Shown here: positions 37,203-50,000 of the stretch, one piece after another | Position numbering within the stretch: the first letter of the stretch is position 1 | How the letters are laid out: the number at the start of each line of letters is the position of its first letter | Assembly: GCA_000708835.1 (NCBI GenBank) | Contig: DF237071.1 | Span: 121,945 to 185,944, forward strand | DNA length: 64,000 nucleotides | Direction: 5' to 3' | Source: Klebsormidium nitens | Taxonomy: Eukaryota; Plantae; Klebsormidiophyceae | Notes under the pieces: generated by a model | What the model saw: only the letters and a program-made list of their open reading frames with translations | The model's database searches: none | What the model was told of the DNA's origin: nothing | Translations under genes and position numbers: made by a program

Positions 37203-38399
37203 CATGAGTGGGTAAGGAACCACTTCATGACCTGCTAACAAAGTGTCTTGAAGAGTTCCAGTGTGATTGTTAAGAGTGTTCTCAATGAGCTTTCTACAGG
37301 GTCCTTCCATGAATCTGGGAGCTGTGGCGCTTTGTTGTGCTGCTGAACAATGCGAATTGGACAATGCAGGTGTCGCGTTTGTAAGTGAGATTCCTTACAT
37401 GACTGGAAGCTTGGACTTGCCAGAATTTGAAAAGGGAATCGCGCAAATGTGCTTGGTTTCAGACGGAGCATTAGCACCCTTTGCGATTTTGGTTGCATCC
37501 TGCATGTAAGCAATGCATTGCTTTCAGCAATGATCAGTCAGACCTGCACGTGTTGATGAAATTTACCTGCTGGTAGCTTCAAGGTCAGACCTCAGTAGTT
37601 CACAACAGTTGTTTGAAAAAGCGTTATGAAAAGCATAAAGTAGATAGGGGTAAAGTGTCACAATGTGCTTATTCTGTCTCTTGTGCAGGCGTACAAGATA
37701 AGCTTAATGCTTCTTCCGCAGCCAGAAAGGTGGAACAGGTGGTTATAAGCTTTTCCCTCATTGGCAAGAGACTCATCTCTGACGAATCTCCTTTGCTTAC
37801 AGGGCAGGCTCCAGAGAAAGGGCACAAGAGTCCAGCCACCAGAACAACAAAGAAGGCGTTAGCACAGTCGCCGCCAGAGAAGGGTTTCACATGTGGCGTA
37901 TGGAGACGCACTCTCACCCCCTCCAGTGGTCAACATTAGCAACGGAATTAAAGAGTAGCGGGCGTGACTAGGTGAGCCAACTCAATCTGCTTTCTGGCTG
38001 TGGGTTATACATGTCTAGGGTCTCAAAAACTATCAGAAGTAATTTTGGGTCATTGGATAGGCTTCGCAAGCAGATTCTCTGAAAGGAGAGGTCTATCCTG
38101 CTCCTCGTTATCGTGCTTGTTTTGCTACTTGTCAGCAATCTTGAAAGATAGGCTTCCGGATCTAGACCCGTTTGATTGTCTGATTGACCATCTTTCTTCA
38201 TGTCTTCGTCATTACCTCTCTTCTGCTTTGTTACCAACTTTGCTCTTCCTCTGTGAACCTGGCTTTGTCTTTCCGAGTCCACGCTCGTTCTTCTGGTTGA
38301 TTTCTTGAATCGGTAGGATCTATCAGTGTTCCAGAAAGTGTGATGTGAAACTTGAACATAGAAGAAGCCAGTGTTCCAGAAAGACGTTTCTAGTTCTGC

Positions 38400-38940
38400 C
38401 AAATGTCTAGTGCTTCAAAGCGTAGTCCTCCATTTTGGCAATTCTGACTGGTTGTCCCGGTGCTAGTATCGGGGTTTCCATGTCTCGTGATTACTATGAT
38501 CAGTCCGTCAATAAAACGATTGCTCTTCAGTCCATGTCATTGGAAGAGAAGTTCTCTAAATCCCTGATTGCTGACTCTAAACGAAGCTCTCCACCAAGAA
38601 TGGTCGGTCTTAATTGTTGGCGGTAAACGTTATGTCCACTGGCTCAGGACATGCAGCGCCTCCTCGTTCTTGAGATCTTTTTACAGGTTGAAGAAGTCTG
38701 ATTGTATGGTCTTTTCTTTTCATCTCGCCGACCAAGCAAACCGGATCAATGTTTCTTCATCCAAGCAATCTGACTTGTTGTCGTCTTCCTCTACCTTCCA
38801 GATCATATGCAGTCGAAGCAAAGGCGTCTTCCTGACGTGCGTCGTACCTTTCCTTGGCGCAAAATCGGCAAGTGACTCTTTGTGCAACTCTGGCAGTCCG
38901 CTCGGGCCGGAGCAACGCTTCCCTTGCCACGTCGAGCGGC
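38400..38940 (-). mobile_element. Degenerate retroelement ORF remnant, most like a CRE/R2-group non-LTR reverse transcriptase
   Basis: One frame reads GKRCSGPSGLPELHKESL...EETLIRFAW...FFNL*KDLKNEEALHVLSQW...IKTDHS...RFIDGL with 4 internal stops (TGA/TAA). It lies in a 4.4-kb gene-free gap. Family assignment is by motif resemblance only. Confidence 0.35.
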
Positions 38941-41592
38941 CCCTGTGCCTGCCCTGTTCAAAGTAGACCGCTTTTATCCTCCTTCTTATATTGATCTGGA
39001 ACCGACTGAGTTTAGCTTCCTGGATACTCCCCTTCCGGAAAAGCGTACAGCTTGTTTAGCACCCATGTACATCGTAGTCCTGCAACCTATAGAAAGGAAT
39101 ACTCTGTTGAAACCTTCGCGGGAACCGTGGGGAGGGGGTACTCTATTTTAGCCTGTACTGACTTCCTGTTTGCAAACACACGGACCCGATTTAGCCAAAG
39201 TGTTAAGAGGATGGGGCTCTTGCGGGTCTGCGGATCCGGCTTTGTGACTGACTGACTGGGTAGTAGTAGAAAGCGGCTCAGCGGCCGCAATGACGTCCTG
39301 GGAATAATGCATAGTGTGACTGCCGCGTCATCTTCGGGAGGAAGGTGCACTGGGAGGTGGAGATTTACTGAAGGAACAGACAAAGCAGTGAGTAGACGGT
39401 CTTCAAACGACATTGATCGATTGTAACAATGGTAGCTGGGTGCGGGGCCTTAGAGGTGGTGTTGTGTCGCTTTGAGAGTCTCCTGACTTTGAGGATCAGG
39501 ACCTTCGTTTGCTGTTTCTTTTCGGATCACCGTCTCCCTAGCTTAGTAAAGAGAGTACATTCACTGAACCCCACTCAAACAGCTTATTGCAGTTTCCACA
39601 CCGGTAGTTTACCATACTAACCCCACTGATTGTAGCGAAGAGTAAAACATTACTGCGTAGACCTGATTCTTTCTTTAGACTGCGAACAATATGTAGGACT
39701 CAACTCGACTGCCCAAAATCCTGTTTTGACTGCCCATAAACTGCTGATTTTGTAAACGATTGATTGAACGTCACTTTGTCTCAAGGATGACATCATGTCG
39801 TCGCCACTGCATGTGTGTCAGCATGCAACAGTTGTGCACCGTAAGCTGTCGCTATGCTTAAGCAACCGTGGCAAACTTGGTCCGGGTAGACACTTCCGGA
39901 TATTCAACATATGTTTGCATGGTTGATGATTCTATGCAATGATCTTGTTGCCATTGCGTCGTGCTGCTGGAGCATTTTGGCCGTCGATCATGCAACTAGT
40001 ATATTGTGAATTTGAAATTACAACAAACGAAACGGCCTGAGGTGATTGGGGGCGTGATGGCTGCGCAACGGCCTCTGCAATATGTCTATGCTGAAACAAT
40101 GATTGAATTAATTCATGCGTGCAATGTATATGATGCTTGATATATGAAATTCAGTTCGAAGCATCTGTACGATTCTAAACCCAGACATGTTTCCGATTTG
40201 ATGCTCAGTGATGCATGCCCGCGCGCGTGAGCTCCTTGGACTGACTTGAACATCACAGATGCACCGCTTCATTTTGTTGCGGAAAGTAACGTGTGAAGCC
40301 TTGCACACTACACCAGCACTGGGCTTCTGTAGTTGTCAAGCATCACGGAGTCAGACTCTCAATATGTACTAATTGGCCACCAAACTTCGGACTCAAGAAA
40401 GACTCGCGATGAGTACGTGAACTATTGTCGGTAAGTTCCATGCCATCACTCATGATGTGTCTCCAAGTCAATGATGTTGTTGCATGGTCGTTTGCCAAAC
40501 TGCATGTCTTCATTGGTGGATCGGCGTCTCGAGCTCAACGACCGCGAGCCTCAGGCAGTAAAGCCTTATATTGCAATCGATCACGCAAGTTTGAGTCCAA
40601 GCAAGAAGGGATCGCGCTGCATGGGGCTGACCCATGAGCTCGCGAGCTGGGGGGAACACAATTCGAGTTAAGAAGCCAGCTAGCTCAGGAACGTCGCAAT
40701 GAACGTCAAACGGCCAGGTTATGTATCTGGTGCTCATATTCCTTGTTGCCATCGTTGCAGCTCACTGAACCACTTTGTCGACCTACTAGCAGGCAATGAG
40801 CTTTGCGGCGAGCTCTGCATTCTGGCCACCCTCAGTGTGCCATGAAGGAACAGGGCAAAAAAGTTGCCTGCAGCACTTCAGTTCATCATGCAAGTTTCGT
40901 ATAAATGCAGCACTTCGGGTACGCCTGTACTAGTGAAACCTTAACCTTCAGCTAGCTACATCGATAGTAAGATTTAAGGTTGCATGGGGGTTGGATACCA
41001 TCAGAATATTCTTAGATCACCTGCTCGATCCAACGGGTTCTGGTCCTTGCAACAGCTGGAAGCTGTAAAGCTTCACGTTGCTTTCGTTCCGCTTGACAGA
41101 ATGCTACAGCATTGAAGAGCTTTGAAGATCGATCATTGATCAGGAGGGCCAGGATGATCCCCTTGTGAGTCCGGTCGACAGACAGCCGCGCGCGCGGCCG
41201 GCTGGGCCGCGAATCGTTGTGCTCTCGTGGTTGGTTTAACCTGACTGTCACAATGGTCGGGTTACTAAGCGTACTCGATCGCCTGGTGGACTGCTCCGCG
41301 CGCTTCTTTAGCTACGCCACGCACGGGGTAAACTTTACCGGGCCGAGATGCAGCGAACCCGTGATTTGTTAAGTACCATCTGACCCGGACCTATTTACAC
41401 CAAACACCGATCTCAAGTGTGCTGCTCGAGACTTGAGGACAGGGCCCGCACAAAGCCGCTTTCAAGGCGAATTTGAGGCGGCCGTTCTGCCCTTCTTCAA
41501 ACAACTGTGGATTAAAACCTAGCAGGTCTTATATCCTATCAGGTCTCATCAGTTTTTGTCGATCTCTAGGGAGGTAGATTCAAGGGGAAAGG

Positions 41593-44500
41593 ATGGCACC
41601 TTCCAGGCGGGGAAGCACCAGCCGGCCCACCGGAACAGATGGGACTGACCATCAGTTCAGGATGGTAACTGAAGAAAGTGAGCCTTTTGCTTCCAACACC
41701 TTCTCAGTTTTGAAGATTCAATCTACTTCTCAGTGCATTTTCAGTTTTGGAGTGTTCAATCATCTAGCTTTGGTTTTGGTCTAGCATTGGGATTTCAAAT
41801 TACCGCTTCATTCTGCAGAATAAACCAAAGTGTAGTGGTGCTGTTAGAATGCTTACTACTCGCTTTGCTGCTTGTTTGTTGAACACAATGTATGTAGAGA
41901 TCGGAGTGCAATTGCCAACTGTGGTAGAACCTCGTGATGGACTCAAAGGATGACCTGGCAAGCCAAGACCAACATAGGAACCTACTTCTTTTGTTTTGAG
42001 CGGAACCTTTTTCTGGCGCCGTGAAATCATTGTGTCTTAGCCTGTGTCACCCTCAATGTTGTTTGATCTTGGTTGGGAAGATCTGCAAAATGAAACTGGC
42101 TTACAATAAGTACATGCTGACTCTGCTGGGACTCCGAGTTACCAGAATTTTAAATCCTCCTGAGATACACAGGAATCTGGGAAGTTTGCGGATAAACTAT
42201 GTCCTGGAGGCCAATCATGGATACAAGTGGAAACATGAAGTCAAATCTTATGCTGAGATTTGGAGCAGGGTGTCGGATATGCTTTTGCAGTATAGTATTC
42301 GGAAAAATGGGTTCACCTCATCTGCTACACATTATCTACGCGTGGTACCATTCGGCCTTTCTCAACACGCGCCTTTGCCTCACCCATTCGGTGTTGCTGG
42401 AAAGCACAAACAGAAACACTTTTTACTGCAGCAAAGAAACAAAAGATTGCTTTTGGCATCTTCTTCCAGGGTACAAGTTGATTGCCAGTGCGAAGGCCAT
42501 CCTCAAAAAGCTCTTCCTGTTCCAAGGCCTCTTTCTCCTCATGAGGGGGATCTTGACCATGATGAACCAAGACGAGGACGGACCCCCGCTGCCACGGGTG
42601 ACATCGAACCTGACCCTTGTAGGCGGGGTTGCGCTTCTTGCCGGCACAGTAGGTGAGGAAGGTTCCTTCAGGCCTCTCCAGTTTGTTGTCAAAAATATGG
42701 TGGAGATCGATGTTGGCGAGAGCAGCCCTTTCAGCAGTTTCCTGTTCAGAGATCGTTTCCAACTACAACAGAGCTCTTCTCAAGCTTCAATGGGTTCGCC
42801 CGAGCTAGCCACATGTCTCTGCAAAAGTTGGAAGAATATACTTCTGGATTGAATCACTTCATTTACTTTGGGGGAAAAGGCTTTTTGTACCTCAACCGTA
42901 CAAAGTCAGGTACAAGGAGAGTCCTTTTAAACGGGAGTCTCTGAAGCAAAGGCTTAGGAGCACACAGCAGCATGTTTATCTCGCCCCCTTCTTTCATCTG
43001 CTCCTTCGCTTCTTGACATGGAACTACTCAAAGCAGGCCGGCCAACAGAGAGGTTGAAGTGTTCTTGCCTCTGCCTTGACCAGACCATGACGCCTTTGAT
43101 GCGGATGGAAAAGGAACATACAGCAGAGACGCTTTCGAGTTACTTTTTGTCAAGTGACAACCCCGCAGGAGCCTCTCCACGCCTCCGAAGCGGCGGTACT
43201 GCATCTTTCACTGTTCCCAAGAGTGACCTTTCCTGGGGTCGCTCTTGCCAAGTTGCGAAGAAAGTCCAAAGGGGATGAACAGAGAAACCCAGAGAAATTG
43301 GCGGGCGGGGAATCTGCTTTAGTCCTTCCGATGCTGCCAGCTCCTCCTCGATCGTGTCCGCCACCGTTGTCCCTGTGCTGACCACTCGTGCCGGGGTTGG
43401 GGGGAAGCCGGCGCCCCCCCCTCGCGCCTCCCGTTTACTGTTCGCGCAGGATGAAGGGCCCTTTCTACGGGATAGGGCCCGCGGCAAAGATGCTCCCTGC
43501 AGGTTGAAAACGAGATGTCACTCCCACGATTTGCAGGGGTTACAGATAATCGGCGCCAGACGCACACAAAACCGCCTTTGCTCGGACTTAAAGCATGCCA
43601 CTACTACCTAGTGCCATTAAAGGCAACGTTCCTTTGCAGGCCTCCAATACAGCTCCGCGCCGATCCTGCGTATATACCTGGTCCTCAGCCTCGCGTCTCT
43701 TTGGGCCACCATCGCCAACTCGCTCGAATCGCCGTACGCACTGAAGGTGAGCAGAGCGAAACGGACAAAGAAGCCAACAGTCCCTGAATTCGACTTTCGT
43801 TGACGCACTCCTTGTGATTGGGAATCGCTCATCGGCACAACCGAGTGAGTTTGGTTAAGTTGGTGGGGTTAGAGTGTGCTGGAGTGAGATAAGGCGGACG
43901 AAATCTTTTTTGGTTAGTGTCTGACGGTATTTAGGTTCATTTTCTGTGTTAATTGGAGGCGCCACAGTAGCGATCTGGCCTGCGTATGGAGACCGAGCAC
44001 GGTCTGTACCGCACCTCGCTAGTGTACTCGATCCACAGCCACGAGGTACCTACCTTTATGGGTCAAACGTTGACGCTCTGCGCTTCCCAAAAAGTTTTGG
44101 CTTCTCTTGCCTCTTGCGTGAGCGGACGCCTGTTTGCTGCAACGGTTCTGACGACAGAGCTCATAAACAATGATGTTGTGTTTTTCTGAAACGCCTCGGA
44201 AAGCTTCCTAAAGTGGCCATTTTGCAATCTTTCGAAGGACGCGTGCAAGCTGCGTCTAGGCATAATGACTGGTCACCTGCTCACAGATTGGAGACGATCA
44301 GAGGTCGACAATTCATGTCGGCGCCAACAGCTTCCAAACGCTTCTTAAAGTCCACGTTATAAGTCTGCACAAGTTGTTCTCTCTGGGGACCGAGGGAATT
44401 GATGCTGTTCTGCGTGCTTCTGATCACACACATGAAAGTGCGAGGCATGCGTGTTCAGTACCTTCTATCAGAGTTGCTTATGTAGAGTATTTATGGCGTC

Positions 44501-45640
44501 CTACCTTCTCGCGTTGTTAGAAATTGCTTCTTTTACCCGTTCTGCCAGTTGGATCAACGGCTTTCTCTGCTGTTACGAAGGTAGACAAGCAGCCTTTACT
44601 CTTCCAAGTCGTCGCAAACAGCAATAGCATTGTCAGGGCCCCATCTTTGTAGACGCTGGTTGCTTTGTCATGTTTTCCGAGTCGATCGTTAGCCGCTTGA
44701 TCCCCTTCTTTCAAAAGTTTCTCTGAAGTAGAAAGCTTTTGGACTCGATGAAGTCGTTTGTAGAACAACGAGGAGTTACCGCTCTCTGCCACGGTGTTGT
44801 GTATCCTCCTTTGTCCTTGCCGGTGGGTCTGCGTCCCTTCCTCTTACTCCCTCAGTGTTGGTCTCCTTCAAACAAAAGTTGTGGTTTACACGTACTTGTT
44901 CCTTCAATGTTAATTTCAATGTTTTCGCTTCTGTCACAACGCACGCCTCTTCGTCTAATGCCCTCTTGTGAGAGACGGGGTGCAGGATCCAGAGGCTTAG
45001 AGCCTTACAAGTTATCCACCTTTTTTCCAGATCAAAGACGCTCTTGGGGGGAGCAAGTTCGACTTGGATCCGGCCGTCAATGCGTTGGCGGACCCAGCGG
45101 CTGTGCTGGACATTTGCGGTAAGGCATCGTGCTTTCAGCTGCAACCAGCATGCTTGTTTGCGAATTGGTATGCTGGCTGCAGAACCGCCTTCAATGCTAC
45201 AACAAAGTTTTGTATGTACATTTGACGATCATGGCGCTGGTCGCATGCAATGAAAAGCCCATTGTTTGGCGGTCCTCAGTCTCTATAACGGAGACAATGT
45301 AGCACGCGACGTGGAACAGCAAGTGGTTTCCTGGAGCTGTTGAAGTTCAAATCATTAGAAAACCGGCGTAAGGAAGAGCCCGTAGCGTGCCCTTCCAGTT
45401 ACATGATTCTATACGCCTTCATGACATCAAAAATGCTCGTTAAGCAGAAGAAAGCCTAGTGAAAAGAAGTTTTGACTTTGTTCATGCGTCTGGTTGGCTT
45501 GGCAGCTAACCAATTACGTTTCTGCAGGGATATTTGTGCTGTCGTTAGCTGTCTACACAACGGTAAATCTTGTCTACGCACTGAGGGCCGGAAGGAAAAA
45601 GACCGCCCAAACTGCTGTAAAGAGCAAGAAGGGGGAATAA
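41593..45640 (+). CDS. JAGN1: Jagunal-like ER membrane protein, 191 aa
   Basis: Exons 41593-41677, 42470-42652, 43640-43746, 45031-45118, 45528-45640; phase-consistent. N-terminal RPTGTDGTDHQFRMV...RYK...K..L matches the jagunal signature. Four hydrophobic segments and a C-terminal KKGE dilysine motif. Confidence 0.88.
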
Positions 45641-47071
45641 TTAAAGGCACCGATTCGAGGTGAATATATTGGAGGACCTGGTATCCAATTCTAGGGCTGG
45701 GTGCGAGGACGAGGGCCTGGTAACAGACGATCAGACGGCCGACAAATGGTTGCAAAAGCAAGATAATAGTTCGACATAGAAGTGACGAGCTAAGCAGTCA
45801 CTGCATATGCACTTTAGTTTTTACGCATCAAGCAGGTATTGTTGCTCTGTTTCGCTATTCCCAAATCTCATCCGTACACTTCATCAGCAAAAAACTAGAT
45901 TTTGTCGAGTGCAAGCGGATCCAGTCATGGCTTTGATCTGCATTTTGCTGCCTGGCAATAAGGGACCGCCGGCCCCGGCGGCTCCGGCGGCCGTGCGGCA
46001 TGAGTCAAGGGTTAGCCTGCAGCAATCATGGGTGCATTTTAACTGATGCGATCATTGGCCAAGCGTCGGCAAATTGGAATTGATCGCTAATTAAAGGCCG
46101 ATATGATCCGTGCATGTATTATAACGTGACGTTGAGTTGTCGGTGGATTCAATGCGCTGCCGCACTGATGCCTAGGCCGTCGAACTCCGGTCTGGAAATA
46201 ACCATACATTCGGCTAGCTGCACCTAGCGACGATCGAGCAAATAATGCGGATGATCAGAGATATATGCGAGTCCGGCCCACGTACCAATTAATTTGCCAT
46301 ATCATTGCCATATAACAACCGCGTCAGCCTGCAAATAATGGGTTTGCTGGCAAATGGGCAGCTCGATCACTCCCGCGCAGTGACGGCTGCACTGCAGCCC
46401 GTTCAATCGACACTGGACTTCGTGTATAGTATTGAACGCATGCACGTGCCCCGGGCCTGCCCCGTCCGGTCGGTTCAATATGCATGTACTGAAATCATTT
46501 TATCGAACATGACGTGCGCTGGCAGGCGGCCGGCCCATGCAACGGTACTCAGTGCATGAACTGTCCCGCTGGGCGGAGTCCCGTTGTACCGGTATACACC
46601 GTTGCTTGTATCCTTAACTGGGCTAGCCTGCGTATGGCGGCAGATTACTAATCAGCCTAAACTTAAACCGCTGCATATGCACACGCATGCGTGCCAACGA
46701 CCGCAGCGGCCGCCTGGGCCACCGTAGCTGCCTGCTCTATGCACCTAGGCGCTCCAAATCCTTCGCATTCATCTGTCTATACCAACAATCTGCTTGCAGC
46801 AGCCTGCGTAGGCTTACAGACGGTGCCCACGAATTCGGGTAAATTTAACTTTGTACATCCGAAGCGGGACTCAGATATGCACGTTCACATAAATAAGATC
46901 AATGAATCGAAAGCCCGAAAACTGCATCGAAACCATCTGAATTGCTGCGCCGCTGACTGAGTCAACAAAGACTGGTCACGCGCAAAAGCTAAACTGCGGA
47001 AAGGCTGCAAATGATTGGGAAACTTCACGTCGATAACATTATTTGGCCGATCGAATAGTCCAGGCCAACGA

Positions 47072-50000
47072 TCACAGCTCCGCCGCAGCCCCCCCCACGC
47101 TCGACATCGCTTTCTTCGCCGCCTTTATCCTCTTCAGCAGCAGCCCCATCTGGTCGTCGCTACTCCTGTCCTTACTCTGCACGATCGGCTGGTGCCTCAA
47201 TAAATGCTGGTGGAAAAAGAGGGAGATTCCCTCGCGCAGTGCGGACAGCTGCGGCTGTCCGGCGATGCGTCCGAACGCGGAGACGACGACGTCCCGCGGA
47301 CTGTCCAGCAGGAGCGTCTCGAGCAGGATGCGGAAGTGCATCACGGTCTTGGCGTCCATCTGAGGGTCGGTGAACTCCACCGCCTGCAGACAAAAAGGAG
47401 TCGCAACAGTTAAGAGGTTGCTTAGTTAAGAGGCTAACTAGTTTAAGAGGTTGATTATTTAAGAGGTTGATTATTTAAGAGGTTGATTACTTAAGAGGTT
47501 GACTATTTAAGAGGTTGATTAACGGGTTGGTGAAGTCCACCGCCTGCAGACGGGAAGAGTGGAAGACAAGGACAATACGCTCCCGGGGGTAGGTAGGTAC
47601 ATTGCTCCGCACACAGAAAGGGTGGGAATCAGAAAAAGGTTCAGTCTGAAGAAGGTAAAATCTACCACCAGCTGGCGAAAAAGATGGCAGATATTTAGAG
47701 AATTGCACAGGCGGACCGCAGGAGACTGAGTTGGCTGGGCAGCCGTATGGCATAACGTTGCTACCGTCGACCATTCGACGTTTGGACAATGGAAAATTTT
47801 CCAGTTTTCCTTGCTGTTGTCCCAAATGCGATCCGAAACGCGTTTTGAGCTGCCCAGAGCTAAATCTTGCGGACGACGGAATCGGACGGCTGCGAAACGT
47901 TTGGCCAGTGTGACCTCCTGCGATCCGCCTGACGATTTTGAACCCAAGATTTTTTTTCACCAGGTACAGCCAATGAGAGACCTTGGTAGCTTATGCCCGC
48001 CACGACATGGACAGGCGGCTATGGTGACGTGTCGTGTTGGCTCTGGTGCGTGCAAAGACAGTGAAAAGGGCAGCGAAGCCCTTCATCCGCTAGGGGAGAA
48101 AGCATGACAGGTACGCGCTCTGAAGTCTAGAGCTTTGCTTTTTGGAAAAACACAAGATCGGAATTCAGGAGCTCGCCTTCAGCACGGGAAGGCTGAGGGC
48201 AAAAGAAGCAATGACAATGGCAACGAAGCACGCTTGGTTGGCATCGATGAACCCCTATGCAAGATTGGGAGCACTAAAGCCCTTAATCCGCTGCGAAAAA
48301 AGCTTATGTGGTATGGAAAGGAAGTTCAGAGCTCTTGATCTTGAACGAAATTTAGAGATCAGGGAGTAGAAACTCGCCTTCAGGATGGAGAGGCTGAGCG
48401 CAAACGAAGCGATCACTCCGGCGAGGAAGCGCGCTAGGTTGGCGCTCCGGCGCAGGTCCATGGAGGGAAGCTGCTTGAAGTGGTCCCACACGCAGTACTG
48501 GAGCGTGAACTTGTGGTTGTGCTCCTGCGAACACAGCCTGCGGGGCAGAGGAATCAAGTTTCAGAGATCAACGATTGGATTCCTAGGGCGTTTGGATTCA
48601 AGCATTAGACTCGTTGAAGAATTGCTGATGGGTTTGATCGAGCTGGACTTCGAAGCACCCATTGGAAAGGAAAGCCCAGAAACATCGAGAAGACCAAGAC
48701 GTCTGATGAAGTACCTTTCTGAGCACCTACTAGCCAAAGAGAAGCTTCCAAGCCGCGGACTCTTATCTTGCGGCCAGCAGCGGAAAGCGGCAAACGGAAA
48801 GCGGAAAACGGAAAGCGGAAGCTCACCTCGCGGCCAGCAGCGCGTAGTACTTGTTGAAGCACCGCTCCTGCATGCAGCAGTCGACGAGCACGCGCAGGAT
48901 CTCCCGGTCTTGTTTCCCGGGCAGTTTCAGCCTCAGCAGCTTCTCATGCGCGTCCACGTAATCCTCCCCGCTCATGATGATGCAAAAGATCGACCTCCTG
49001 ACGTCAGTGTTCATCCGCTGCTTGGACGCTAACTGTAGAAGCCGGTCTGCCTCGGCGGCCCCCCCGTCGATCGCCCCGGAAACGACCCCCCCGAAGTGGG
49101 CGGAATCGGCAGCGGACTTTTCTAGGGTTCCGGCAGCTGGGGGGAGCCACCAGAGGCCCTTTTTGTGTGGGGTGAGAGCGTTGGCGAGAGTGACGGAGCG
49201 GAGCTGGGCGGCATCGACGTTGTTCTGCGCGACAGGAGCAAACCGCTTTAGTCATTTGACAAGTGAAACATGATATCGTTCGGATTGACGTTGTATGCAT
49301 CTTGGTCTCCGTAGGAAAGAGTGCTCTTGTTTGCAGAGACGGTCTACAAGGCGCTGAGGGAGTGACGGAGCGGCTTCGACGTCGGATTTTGCGAAAATGA
49401 AATGGAGTCAATTTGGCAGAAGCAGAGGTGGGCGTGAGAAAACAGAGTGCTCGACTGGAGAGGTATGTATGGTAGGATAAGCTATGCGTAAAACAGGGTG
49501 CATCTAAGATCCGCTCAGCTACCGACCTATGCTCGGTACCATCGGCACTAGCAAAATCCGGCGCAGTTGATTGACACATATGCTTTCTTTTGAATGCCTA
49601 CTAAACTAGCCAAAGTGCTCGCACCCAGAATAGAGATACTAATAGAAGCGGGCAGGTCGATGCACGGACGGACAACTGACGCCGCAAAGACAAGAACATG
49701 TGCATTGACCAGCGTCTGTCAAACGGCGCTTCCAGCATGGCAGGAAAATCAAGAAACGCAATCAGCGTGCCAGCAGGACATACGCCACCCCCATAGAAGA
49801 GCACTGCAAATTCTCTTCACGTCTTTCCGGACTCACTCATACTTGCGTGCTGACGTCACGTGCTTCAGGATGTTAAAAGAACATGGCAAAGCAAAGCTGC
49901 CGTTGGCTTCACAAATCCGCAACCAGAGGCGATGTCGGAAACATAATTGAGTCGAGGCGGACCAAAGCTTCTCGTTACCCAGCAGTTTGCGCAACCGCGC

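Noticed and set aside
41012-41251. hAT-transposase-like TRW motif in a short minus-strand ORF
   Set aside because: A single tripeptide match, with no other transposase motif or terminal inverted repeat found.
43140-44940. Possible nested antisense gene in jagunal introns (ORFs 43140-43487, 44517-44792, 44776-45144)
   Set aside because: Some splice-like sites are present, but there is no recognisable domain and no phase-consistent exon chain could be built.
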